From a virus: a stretch of 64,000 nt of DNA. The notes under the pieces are model-generated. The model did not search any database, was not told where the DNA came from, and saw only the letters and a program-made list of their open reading frames with translations. Numbering within the stretch: position 1 is the stretch's first letter; each line of letters starts with the position of its first letter. This document shows positions 15,718 through 25,279 of the stretch, piece after piece. Location of the stretch: IMG/VR virus record IMGVR_UViG_3300028392_001993, positions 64,001-128,000 of that record. One strand, 5' to 3'. The translations under genes were made by a program, and so were the position numbers.

Positions 15718-16855
15718 GATTAGAATAGATGAACTTTACAACAACACCCTCTGGCCCTGGATTAGAAAAAATAGGCCTGGGTTTAGAGAATTTTTTTGCG
15801 AACCGTTTGGTCGAAGTGATCCAGACAGTGTAATGAACTATGGTAGTGATGATGGACATGAACACAATTATATATTCTTTTTTGACCAAGAGCCAATACA
15901 TTTGAACATACACACCGCTACTTTTAAAAAAATTGCCACATTAAATGAGGATATTACCAATCTTACAAAAAAAATTAAACACCCTGGGCAGTTTGGATAT
16001 CTTTGTACCAGCGAGAGCGACAGTGAAAATGTGGAAATAATATGCAAACAATTTGACTGGCGGCCTTTGTACTATTTCTTTCATGGTTGGGCCGCGCTGG
16101 ATTGGTATCGGGGTTATGACAAAACATTTTTAATAACTCCGCTGGCTGAACGCAAAATAACTCGAACCTTTGTCGCACCCAATCGTATCATTGCAGGCGA
16201 GCGCCAACACAGACTAGAAATGTTGTATCACATATTTAAAAATTGCATGACCCATAATCATATCAGTTGCCCTGCTGTGTGTCCCGTAGAAAATATAAGC
16301 ATACACAATGCAATCAAACCTTTGATATCTAAGTATCCTGACATTGAACAAGTTTTTGCACAACAAACACTACCAATTAACTTTGCAGGCGAAACAGATC
16401 ATCCCATGCATTCATGCTGGCTAAGTTTGTTCGATGAGTCAGCAGAAAGTTTGTTGTACTTGGTTACAGAAACTGTGGCCACAGGACGTAGGCATCACAT
16501 AACAGAAAAAACATTCAAACCCATAGCCCTGGGAATGCCGTTTGTGATTGTAGGCACTCAAGGCAGTTTGGAATATCTTCGCAGTTATGGGTTTCGTACA
16601 TTCGAAGGCATATGGGATGAAAGTTATGATCAGGCTGATGATTCAGTACGTATAGAACGCATTGCCAGTTTATTGCGTAGTCTAGATGAATTGCCTATTG
16701 AGGCCAAACAAGATCTGTTTGATCAAGCACAACAAGTGATTGAGCACAATTGGAATCATTTTTATAACGGCGGGTTCGAAGCCGTGCTGTGGACGGAACT
16801 ACAGGAGATGTTGAATGGTATTGACACTAATAGCGGATCGCATAGTCCAAGGTAA
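15716..16855 (+). CDS. GT10 (alpha-1,3-fucosyltransferase)-like glycosyltransferase, paralogue 1
   Basis: YLVTET...HITEKTFKPIALGMPFVIVG...GFRTF...WDESYD resembles the GT10 nucleotide-sugar-binding motif. Confidence 0.55.
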   Translation: MIRIDELYNNTLWPWIRKNRPGFREFFCEPFGRSDPDSVMNYGSDDGHEHNYIFFFDQEPIHLNIHTATFKKIATLNEDITNLTKKIKHPGQFGYLCTSESDSENVEIICKQFDWRPLYYFFHGWAALDWYRGYDKTFLITPLAERKITRTFVAPNRIIAGERQHRLEMLYHIFKNCMTHNHISCPAVCPVENISIHNAIKPLISKYPDIEQVFAQQTLPINFAGETDHPMHSCWLSLFDESAESLLYLVTETVATGRRHHITEKTFKPIALGMPFVIVGTQGSLEYLRSYGFRTFEGIWDESYDQADDSVRIERIASLLRSLDELPIEAKQDLFDQAQQVIEHNWNHFYNGGFEAVLWTELQEMLNGIDTNSGSHSPR

Positions 16856-17996
16856 GATATATCCAGCACTGGCTCAGCACCAAGCAGAGCCCTACACACA
16901 AAGTTGGCGTGAATTTGAACGCCACTGGCCGTGTACTGTGCCGTTTAGGCCGCAGGAGTATTGCGAGCATCATGGTGTTCGACTAAACATATTGAGTCTT
17001 GACGATGTGTGGCCAGCAGATGCATTCTATCCCATTGGCCTAGGTTTTTTCAACTTTGAAATAGATTACTTTGAACTACTACCCCCACGTGTGTTCACTG
17101 AGTTGTGGCATAGTCATATACGTATCTTGTTTTACTATCACGAAGGCGACGATCCTGTAAAAATTAAACAACGATTAGACGCATTAGTGGCACAACATCA
17201 GTTGCCTAAACACTGCTACAAATTTGTCAGCGGTAATACTGCCGCACGTGACGTTGAAGACTTTGTGTACTTTGCTGACTTTGAGCTTTGGTATTGGCAT
17301 CGCAATAGTGGGTCGCGAGCATTGACCATACATTCAGAACCGCGCGAACGTGAGTTCACAGCACTAAACAGACTGCACAAATCATGGCGTGCCACAGCAA
17401 TGGCTGACTTGTTGCAAAATCATGTGTTAGATAACAGTTATTGGAGTTATTGCGAGCCTGGTACATTGGTAGATGAGGACAACCCAATTGAGATAGATTC
17501 AATTGGTCAGTTAAGAACTGCCACTGAACAATTTTTAAAGTCAGCACCATACTACAGCGACGAGCTTGACCAAGCATCTCGTAACAATCATGCTAACCTT
17601 GTGGCCAAATATTTCACGAATAGTTACTGCCATATTGTGTTGGAAACGCACTTTGATGCCGATCAATCAGGTGGTACATTCTTGACTGAAAAAACATTCA
17701 AGCCTATCAAGCACGGGCAAATGTTTTTTGTAGCAGGACCAGCGGGCAGTTTACAAACCCTGCGTGACCTAGGCTATAGAACGTTTGATGGCATACTAGA
17801 TAACAGTTACGACTGGGACACAAATAATACCAATCGCTGGCGCAAACTGTGCAACGCAATAGTTAAAGCACAATCTGATCTGCCTAGGTTGTTTGCTAGA
17901 GCCCGAGCAGACATAGAACACAACCAACGTTTATTTCTCGAGCTCAAGACTGCCCGCTTAAATATCCTACTCGAGCACATAAATGAATCCTATTAA
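16815..17996 (+). CDS. GT10-like glycosyltransferase, paralogue 2
   Basis: HIVLETH...FLTEKTFKPIKHGQMFFVAG...GYRTF...DNSYD. Confidence 0.55.
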   Translation: MVLTLIADRIVQGKIYPALAQHQAEPYTQSWREFERHWPCTVPFRPQEYCEHHGVRLNILSLDDVWPADAFYPIGLGFFNFEIDYFELLPPRVFTELWHSHIRILFYYHEGDDPVKIKQRLDALVAQHQLPKHCYKFVSGNTAARDVEDFVYFADFELWYWHRNSGSRALTIHSEPREREFTALNRLHKSWRATAMADLLQNHVLDNSYWSYCEPGTLVDEDNPIEIDSIGQLRTATEQFLKSAPYYSDELDQASRNNHANLVAKYFTNSYCHIVLETHFDADQSGGTFLTEKTFKPIKHGQMFFVAGPAGSLQTLRDLGYRTFDGILDNSYDWDTNNTNRWRKLCNAIVKAQSDLPRLFARARADIEHNQRLFLELKTARLNILLEHINESY

Positions 17997-19020
17997 CAGT
18001 TATACAAGTTGGCAACCCCTTGAAGAAGTCATAGTCGGCCGTGCGTACAGCCCAGACTATTTTGACTTCATCGAGAACGCACAAGTGCGCAATCAGTTAC
18101 AACAAATCCTTTTTGAAACTGAAGAAGATCTTGCTAACTTGCAAAAGACAATAGAAAAGTTTGGTGCTCGAGTATGTAGACCTGACTTGCCTAATCGAGA
18201 TCAGTTTATCCGCGGGCAAATACACGGGCAAGGTGCTCCACTACCTCCGTTAACACCACGTGACTGGCAAATTACCTTGGGTGATAAACTGCTACGTGTG
18301 CTGGCCATGCAGGAACTGGATGGCCTGTGCCGGGAATACGAAACTGCAGGCGGCACTGTTATTAACCCACATGGTCCCACGGGCTGGGATGAAAACTGTA
18401 TTTTAAATCAAGCGTCAGCAAGTTGTATTGTGCGTGTGGGTCGCGATGTGTTCTTTGACAACTCAGACTTCTTGCGCCCAGATCAAACACGCTGGATTGT
18501 GGACAATGTACTGGGTCCTGAATATCGAATCCATGAAGCCATCACTGACGGCCATGGAGATGCTGTGTTTGCTATTCTCAAGCCCGGAGTGTTGCTGAGT
18601 TCCAAGCACGATGTTAACTTGGATCTAGGTCGAGACTTCCCAGGTTGGGACGTATGCAAGATATGGGATAGTTCAATCTGGGCCGCAATGGAAGTGGGCA
18701 AGTTCAAGTACGAGCAAAATCCAGGCGCATGGTATGTGCAAGGACAAACACCCACCCCAGAGTTCACACAGTTTGTGGACACTTATCTAAACAAGTGGAC
18801 TGGTTTTGTTGCTGAAACAGTATTCGATGTCAACTGTTTGGTACTAGACGAAAGCCATGTGATCTTTAGTGCTTACAACAAAGAAGTGTTTGACTACTGC
18901 CGTAAACATCAAATAGAACCCATCATCAGCGAACTGCGGCACAGTTACTTCTGGGACGGTGGTATCAGTTGCTGTACACAAGATATTCGACGTCGCGGTG
19001 GTTTAGAAACATACCTATGA
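17983..19020 (+). CDS. Amidinotransferase (glycine/inosamine-phosphate amidinotransferase, pentein fold)
   Basis: SWQPLEEVIVG, PRD, VRVGRDV, DGHGD (catalytic His/Asp region), FDVN, GGISCCT (catalytic Cys). Confidence 0.85.
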   Translation: MNPINSYTSWQPLEEVIVGRAYSPDYFDFIENAQVRNQLQQILFETEEDLANLQKTIEKFGARVCRPDLPNRDQFIRGQIHGQGAPLPPLTPRDWQITLGDKLLRVLAMQELDGLCREYETAGGTVINPHGPTGWDENCILNQASASCIVRVGRDVFFDNSDFLRPDQTRWIVDNVLGPEYRIHEAITDGHGDAVFAILKPGVLLSSKHDVNLDLGRDFPGWDVCKIWDSSIWAAMEVGKFKYEQNPGAWYVQGQTPTPEFTQFVDTYLNKWTGFVAETVFDVNCLVLDESHVIFSAYNKEVFDYCRKHQIEPIISELRHSYFWDGGISCCTQDIRRRGGLETYL

Positions 19021-20036
19021 AATTGGTAATACCTATTGATAACCAGCACAGTTATCGTAGCATACCACGCAATCAAGATTTAAAACTCAAAATTGCCAAT
19101 CATTGTAATTGGCCCAGTCGAACTCTAGTAATTGATCATGCCGGCAATTGCTTTGTTTGTCAGTGCGAAGCCTGGTTACCCGTCAGTGTTGGTCATATAA
19201 CAGACTTTGATTCGCTTGAAGCTGTTTGGCAATCGCCCACAGCACAGTATCTACAACAAGACATCAACGACAAGAAATTTACACATTGTGCTGTGGATCG
19301 TTGCGGTATAATACATAACCACAACATCTTAGACGAATACACTATCTATATCAATATTGACCCCAGTTGCAATTTAGCCTGTCCAAGTTGTCGCAAAGAC
19401 AGTATAATGATTGCAGATGGTGATGTGTATGAACGCAGACTTGCAGAAGTCAAACATGTGGTTACGTTATTAGAGAATTTTGATCAGCCCACACGTATTG
19501 TCATGAGTGGCAACGGTGATCCATTGGCAAGTGCTATCATGAGACCATTGATAAAACAATTTCGTCCTAGACACAACCAACGTATTAGATTGTTTACTAA
19601 TGGATTGTTATTGGAAAAACAACTAGCGGATAGTACTGTATTAAACAGCATAGATCAGTTTATGTTGAGCATAGATGCAGGCAGTGAGCAGGTGTATGAA
19701 AACGTTCGCAGGCCTGGACGATTTGATGTATTAATGCGTAATTTACAATGGCTCAAACCACTGGGTCGTAATGTGTCATTAAACTTTGTGCTACAGCAGG
19801 CCAACTGGCACGACCTAGAAAACTTTTTACAACTTGCCGAACAATTTGGTTACTGGCCAAACATAACTCGACTGGAGGATTGGAACACCTGGACAGGGTT
19901 TGCAAATCAGGATGTGATAGGCAACTCTGAACATCCTGACCATTTGCTTGCCGTACAAGAACTACGTAGAGTTCATGCCAAGTACTCCACCGCGGGCTGG
20001 GGGTCAAGCCTGCCACTTGATTTTACTAGGGTTTAG
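19017..20036 (+). CDS. Radical SAM enzyme 1 with N-terminal SPASM/Twitch-like module
   Basis: CNWPSRTLVIDHAGNCFVCQC N-terminal module; CNLACPSC (CX3CX2C); SGNGDP; SIDA; ATGA overlap at 19017. Confidence 0.88.
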   Translation: MKLVIPIDNQHSYRSIPRNQDLKLKIANHCNWPSRTLVIDHAGNCFVCQCEAWLPVSVGHITDFDSLEAVWQSPTAQYLQQDINDKKFTHCAVDRCGIIHNHNILDEYTIYINIDPSCNLACPSCRKDSIMIADGDVYERRLAEVKHVVTLLENFDQPTRIVMSGNGDPLASAIMRPLIKQFRPRHNQRIRLFTNGLLLEKQLADSTVLNSIDQFMLSIDAGSEQVYENVRRPGRFDVLMRNLQWLKPLGRNVSLNFVLQQANWHDLENFLQLAEQFGYWPNITRLEDWNTWTGFANQDVIGNSEHPDHLLAVQELRRVHAKYSTAGWGSSLPLDFTRV

Positions 20037-20631
20037 GGTCACCTGGACGATGCCAAGTTGGTTGGATGTGTAGGTGTTTGTGATATAATTTTATATCCTG
20101 ATCTAGGAAGTTTTTTGCCAAATATCCGCGGGCTTCTGGGTATTGTAGTTTAAGGTCATCTAATTGCATTCTCATTGCCTTTTTGTCTTCACCTGCTGTC
20201 CACAGGCGCGGTATATCTTGTGTGATTTGAACTCCGTGTGCATCTAAGAAATTTTTCACTAGTTGTTCATATTTGTAATAACGTTGATCTATAATAAAAA
20301 AAGTAGTTCGATCTAGTATACTGGCAGGAATCATTTGACTAACACTATAACTGTGTTCATCAAACACCGCACTCACAAACAACTTGTTAACACTGGGATT
20401 GTCAAGCAATTCTCGTTGCTGAGTTCTACACAAATATTCCACCACTCCCATGGTATGTCGTTTTTGGGGGTCGCGCAACAATCCAAAAAACTTTAATTGT
20501 GCAAGGTCCACAGTGGGTTTGAATAGATCTTCTTTGATCCATCCTAGATTGTCAAACACATGCTGCCAAGTGGTACAGGCGTTTTTAGCAATAGATATCC
20601 AAGCAAGACGGTTGTTGTGATGAAAGTACAT
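20026..20631 (-). CDS. Sulfotransferase family 2-like protein
   Basis: ISIAKNACTT (5'-PSB-like) and LRDPQKR (3'-PB-like). Confidence 0.6.
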   Translation of the reverse strand: MYFHHNNRLAWISIAKNACTTWQHVFDNLGWIKEDLFKPTVDLAQLKFFGLLRDPQKRHTMGVVEYLCRTQQRELLDNPSVNKLFVSAVFDEHSYSVSQMIPASILDRTTFFIIDQRYYKYEQLVKNFLDAHGVQITQDIPRLWTAGEDKKAMRMQLDDLKLQYPEARGYLAKNFLDQDIKLYHKHLHIQPTWHRPGDPKP

Positions 20632-20632
20632 G

Positions 20633-21898
20633 TTATTTCCACTCCTGATTTAACCAAGGAAACAGTGAGCGCCAGTCGGTTCCTCTGCGGCGATCTATTT
20701 CGTCAAGATAAGCAATTAGTCCTTGAATTTTATCTGTATCTCTGGGTGTGTTGGCCACTTGTTTGGCAATACCCGTCATGTGTTCGCGGGCACTGCGTTC
20801 GTGATGTGTGCGTTCGGGCATGGCCGTAATAATATTCTCAAAGTCTTGATCAAATACTCCTGAGCCAAATATAGCAGGATCTAGTATCAACGGCCAAGTG
20901 GTGGTCATGAAACTGTAGTATATCTGTTGATGTTCACGTCCGGTATTCCAGTCCCTCAAACGTTCCACTAGATCTCTGGTGCGTTTGACTGTGAGTGCGC
21001 TGATTGCACTATTGATACATTGTACCACCCAGGGCAAGGTCATAATGTATTCAAAGTTTGTTTGCCATTCTTTGAGATCAAGCCCCCAACGCACATATTC
21101 TTGTTCAGGCCCCCAAGCATCTAAACTGCTGGATATTTGTACCCCACGTATTTTCTTTTGTTCAACCATGCGACCCAGGCGTTCCATTGTGCGCTGTAGT
21201 CGAGCAGGAGGAACTTTTAGATTGGTAATAAAGTTAAATGTTACATCGGGGTTAGGATGTGTGTCCCAAAATTCCAGGCAAGCTTCTAGTTCAGGTTGAA
21301 AGAAAGGTTCCCCGCCGGCCACTTGAAACTGCTGTATTTGCAAGTAGCGATCTTGATCGTGCAGGTATTGCCAGAACTGCGCTAACATATGATCGTAGTT
21401 GGAATTCTTAGGGGTGATCTTTCCGAAACTGTAATGCTTGCTTTTGAATTCTCCAAAGCGGCGATCTTCTTCTTCCCATTTGCTGGAGAAATGATTGCCA
21501 CAGTACAAACAACTCATGTTACAGGTGTTGTTGAAGTATATCTCTAGTATTGTAGGAACAACTTCTAAGGCTGTGGGATTTGACAGCAATTCCACTGGTG
21601 TGCGCTGTTGATCATGTCCGGAATGTATTTGATACAGTCTATCGCTCATTCCCCCGGCCGCTTCAATCTTTTCACAGTATTGACATCCGCCTTGTGGCCA
21701 CTTGCCTTCAAGCATGAGTTCTCGTGCTGAAATCTTTTCGGGCAAGTTGTGAAAACTTGCAAAATTGTCCGGCGGAATTGTGTATTGATCAGTTCTATGA
21801 CAGCTGGCGCTTTTACCTTGTCCTAGATAGATGGTACTCCAAGACCATTTTAACAAACAGGCTGTGTCTGTTTTGATGGGGAAAAATTTTTGTATCAT
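20633..21898 (-). CDS. Radical SAM enzyme 2 with N-terminal Twitch-like module
   Basis: ACLLKW...SASCH...CQYCEKIE; CNMSCLYC; GGEPF; SLDAWG; ATGA overlap gives a start at 21898. Confidence 0.9.
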   Translation of the reverse strand: MIQKFFPIKTDTACLLKWSWSTIYLGQGKSASCHRTDQYTIPPDNFASFHNLPEKISARELMLEGKWPQGGCQYCEKIEAAGGMSDRLYQIHSGHDQQRTPVELLSNPTALEVVPTILEIYFNNTCNMSCLYCGNHFSSKWEEEDRRFGEFKSKHYSFGKITPKNSNYDHMLAQFWQYLHDQDRYLQIQQFQVAGGEPFFQPELEACLEFWDTHPNPDVTFNFITNLKVPPARLQRTMERLGRMVEQKKIRGVQISSSLDAWGPEQEYVRWGLDLKEWQTNFEYIMTLPWVVQCINSAISALTVKRTRDLVERLRDWNTGREHQQIYYSFMTTTWPLILDPAIFGSGVFDQDFENIITAMPERTHHERSAREHMTGIAKQVANTPRDTDKIQGLIAYLDEIDRRRGTDWRSLFPWLNQEWK

Positions 21899-22668
21899 GA
21901 TGAAGCCCAGGGTAGGTTTGGCCAATTACGGCCATTAGTGTTTGGCAGGTCAAAGCCAAAACTATCAAAATCTATTTCTTTATATCCGGGTATGTAGTTG
22001 TCAACAGCATCTATTACAAGTCTAGCAAATGCCCCATTATTAGCCGCGGTAAAATGATTGTTTAGTTGCACAGGATCGTTTTTATTGATTTGGTGCAGAA
22101 TTTGTTGCTCGGATCCTTCGAGGCCGCCCATGACAATTTTCATCAGCGGAGTGGTGAATACCATACCCGATAATCCCCCAAGATCAGGTGCGCCATTACT
22201 TTCATCATACACAGTAAAATGTACGGTTTTAATTTTAGCAAATTTCTTATCTATTGACTGTATGTGCTGATCAAAAGCATATTGTTGAAAGTCTGCGTCG
22301 TATATGTGTTTAAAAAACAACTGATTGGCACGGCTTTCTTCAGAATTTGTCTGAGGCTGATTTATTGTTTGTTCTAGGTTGTCATTCCACCCGTTGTTTA
22401 TTCTTTGCATGGTTGTGTGACAAAACACAACGGCTTGAACTTGATCCCAGCGATGTATTAAATCGGCCACAGCCCGACTCCACGAATACCACCAACTGCG
22501 CCCGCCAAACCCGTAAACTTCCACATTGCCGTTGTAGTGTTTGATAACGTCTGACACCCAACTTGCTTGGTCAGATCGTAACCACCAGGTTTGATTATCA
22601 AACTTTGGCCGAGACAATCCTGGATGGTGGAAGTCAGCACAAAAACTATCCCCTATGATCACAATCAT
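21895..22668 (-). CDS. SGNH/GDSL-hydrolase-like protein (possible esterase or acyltransferase)
   Basis: N-terminal IIGDSF, GFGGRS, C-terminal NNHF. Confidence 0.55.
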   Translation of the reverse strand: MIVIIGDSFCADFHHPGLSRPKFDNQTWWLRSDQASWVSDVIKHYNGNVEVYGFGGRSWWYSWSRAVADLIHRWDQVQAVVFCHTTMQRINNGWNDNLEQTINQPQTNSEESRANQLFFKHIYDADFQQYAFDQHIQSIDKKFAKIKTVHFTVYDESNGAPDLGGLSGMVFTTPLMKIVMGGLEGSEQQILHQINKNDPVQLNNHFTAANNGAFARLVIDAVDNYIPGYKEIDFDSFGFDLPNTNGRNWPNLPWASS

Positions 22669-24147
22669 TTAACTACAAACCTCGACGCCATATAAGGCTT
22701 CAAAACGATCAGCATCAGCACGATCATTTACCATGGGCTCACCGCGTATGTTAAGACTGGTATTTAACAACATAGGGCATCCTGTCAACACATACCACTT
22801 CTCTAGCAGTTCTCTTATGCCCGATCCATCCCGCGCCACAGTTTGTACTCGGCTGGTGCCATCAACATGACATATAGCAGGAGTAAGGTCAGGCTGGCGA
22901 CACCTAGCGACTGACTGCATATAAGGACTATGATGCCAACCCACTGGCATATCAAAATAGTCATCAACCACCTCAGCCAATATGACCGGGGCAAAGGGTC
23001 TGAATTGTTGTCTACGTTTGATCGCATTTACTTTCTCCTTGATCTCGCTGCCTCTAGGGTCTGCAAAGAGGCTACGGTTTCCGAGTGCGCGGGGGCCGAA
23101 CTCGGCTCTTCCTGATGCCACTCCGACAATTTTGTCACTAAGAAGCCGGTCCAGTAACTGGTTAACAGGATAAACACCTGGAATGCAATGGCCGAGATAA
23201 CCGTCCCGCCAGTTAACTCTACGTCCAAGAGCCAAAGCGGCAGCACCGAGACTGCTACCAGCGTCACCGGGACAAGGCATAATCCATATTTTGTCAAAGT
23301 ATTCTCCTAACATACGGTTGGCTGTACAATTCAATGCAACCCCACCCATATATACCAGATTTTTGCTGAAACCCAGGTTTCTAGCACGAATCATCACTTG
23401 ACGAATAAGATCTTCTGCTACCAGTTGAGCGGCCGCCGCAATATTTTCATTGCTGGCGCCTACTAGGAAATCTGCGCTCATTCCTGTGTGGAAGTTATGT
23501 TTTAGTTGTATATCACGCTCACTAGCAATCACATGCTCACGCATGTCATGATACCATGTGTTGCGACCCCAGGCGGCCATGCCCATTGTGATGTATTCTT
23601 CGTCTAGTGGGTGTAGACCAATGCGGCCGGTGACTGCACTATAGAACAACCCAATGCTGTGCGGATAAACCTGTCTCCATAATCTCTTATACTGCGCCTG
23701 ACCTTTGCGATCATATTCTGCACCCCATATTGATATTGTGTCCCATTCGCCTATTGCGTCTATTACCACCACTGTGGCACGTTCGAATGGGCTGGTTTGA
23801 AAGCCCCCTGCCGCATGACTCAGATGATGATTGTAACTGTGTATCTGCTCAGGTTCAATTTGACCACCCAACTGTTTTTTTAATATCTGCCCTGTGGTAA
23901 GTTTATCCCATTCAATACCTTGGCCTGCGTACCATTGCCTGAATTGTTTGTTCCAAGGACGTTCATAATAGGCCACAATCTCTGGGCCATATTCTGCGAC
24001 TTCGTCTAGCAAACCCTGACAAAAGTCAGCATCATTTTTCTTTTTCGAGTATCGCTCGCTATGACCAGCAAAAAGGATCTCCCCGTCAGGAGAAAGTACT
24101 GTGGCAGCCGCATCGTGAAACCCAGCTGAGATACCTAGGATATTCAT
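22669..24147 (-). CDS. Carbamoyltransferase, NodU/CmcH/TobZ family
   Basis: ILGISAGFHDAAA, HHLSHAA, VIDAIGE, GGVALNC, GRAEFGPRALGNRS, KRRQQFRPFAP, HVDGTSRVQTV, LLNTSLN. Confidence 0.95.
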   Translation of the reverse strand: MNILGISAGFHDAAATVLSPDGEILFAGHSERYSKKKNDADFCQGLLDEVAEYGPEIVAYYERPWNKQFRQWYAGQGIEWDKLTTGQILKKQLGGQIEPEQIHSYNHHLSHAAGGFQTSPFERATVVVIDAIGEWDTISIWGAEYDRKGQAQYKRLWRQVYPHSIGLFYSAVTGRIGLHPLDEEYITMGMAAWGRNTWYHDMREHVIASERDIQLKHNFHTGMSADFLVGASNENIAAAAQLVAEDLIRQVMIRARNLGFSKNLVYMGGVALNCTANRMLGEYFDKIWIMPCPGDAGSSLGAAALALGRRVNWRDGYLGHCIPGVYPVNQLLDRLLSDKIVGVASGRAEFGPRALGNRSLFADPRGSEIKEKVNAIKRRQQFRPFAPVILAEVVDDYFDMPVGWHHSPYMQSVARCRQPDLTPAICHVDGTSRVQTVARDGSGIRELLEKWYVLTGCPMLLNTSLNIRGEPMVNDRADADRFEALYGVEVCS

Positions 24148-24245
24148 TTATAGATAAATGGATCTCGTTTGCGTAGTTCTCGTAGTTTCTTACGATAGCG
24201 TATTTCTAGAGTGATTCTTGACCAAAATCGTTTAATCCAGTTCAT
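24144..24245 (-). CDS. 33-aa basic micro-protein
   Basis: MNWIKRFWSRITLEIRYRKKLRELRKRDPFIYK*; ATGA overlaps at both ends; not in the ORF track. Confidence 0.75.
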   Translation of the reverse strand: MNWIKRFWSRITLEIRYRKKLRELRKRDPFIYK

Positions 24246-25279
24246 TTTAATGCCTTTATCTGTTGTTCTATATAGTCTGGATCGCTCCAGCAATAGGGAT
24301 ATTCTGCTTGTGCAGTACCGGTACGTATGGCTGCAACGTCTAGGTGTTGAGCTAGTTGTGCCCAGATGGCTTGGTAGTCTTCTGTACCAAATGACCTTTG
24401 TAAATCAACTTGCCCGACCTGAGGGTGGCCGATTGTAAGACTTGGTTCAGTTGGGTCGAATCCATTCCGTTCAAGCCATTCTCGAAATTCTGCCAGTTGC
24501 TGGATTTGCCAATGGTATGCGCCGGGATCACGGGCCCATTCAATATCAAAGTCGCCAGCCGCTTGACTCTGTGAGCGTAGCCCAGTCGTACGTAATTCGG
24601 CGACCCTGGAGTCCTTGCCTTCATCTTGAAATACCTCCCAGTGATGCTTGCCCACTGCTTTATTTACGCCCACATATACACCGCCTAGTTTTCTGTTGAT
24701 TGTTTCTATACCAAATAGTTCAAGGTCAGCGTCTTCTAGTTCATATCGTGGCGCCTGTAGCCAACACATCAATTGTGATGGTCTGCGCCATTCTGGTGCT
24801 TGTTTAACCTTGCGCATACTTAACACAAGGCTTTCTAGTTCGTGACACAGCAAGTTTAACTGACGTATGTGCCATCGTGTAACATCATCTGCGGCATCAT
24901 AATGCGGGCTCATTGCGCCTGCTGTGCCCTGCAGGTCTTCAAAGTAACGATGCAACAGATTCATTCGATCGTGATTGATATCTAGATCTGCTTGTATTAC
25001 ATTAGCAGGTGAGAAGAAGTCTTGTATACGATAATCTAATGTACTGGAATTAATTGCATTGATTGATCTATTGATCTGTGTACACAAATAATCTGCCGTT
25101 CTAGTGCTTTCTGTCCAGCCCAGCCAACAGTAGTTTTTTTCTAAATGTAGTCCGGTACGGATGATGTCATTTAATGCAGCCAACCATTTACGACTTAAAC
25201 TGTTATCGTCTATGTCTATGTGTACAGTTAAGATTTCTCGATCTGCCCCGCGCAGATCTATTTCTATTGAATCAAGCAA
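24242..25279 (-). CDS. Conserved hypothetical protein
   Basis: 345 aa; operonic overlaps; no recognisable motif. Confidence 0.7.
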   Translation of the reverse strand: MLDSIEIDLRGADREILTVHIDIDDNSLSRKWLAALNDIIRTGLHLEKNYCWLGWTESTRTADYLCTQINRSINAINSSTLDYRIQDFFSPANVIQADLDINHDRMNLLHRYFEDLQGTAGAMSPHYDAADDVTRWHIRQLNLLCHELESLVLSMRKVKQAPEWRRPSQLMCWLQAPRYELEDADLELFGIETINRKLGGVYVGVNKAVGKHHWEVFQDEGKDSRVAELRTTGLRSQSQAAGDFDIEWARDPGAYHWQIQQLAEFREWLERNGFDPTEPSLTIGHPQVGQVDLQRSFGTEDYQAIWAQLAQHLDVAAIRTGTAQAEYPYCWSDPDYIEQQIKALK

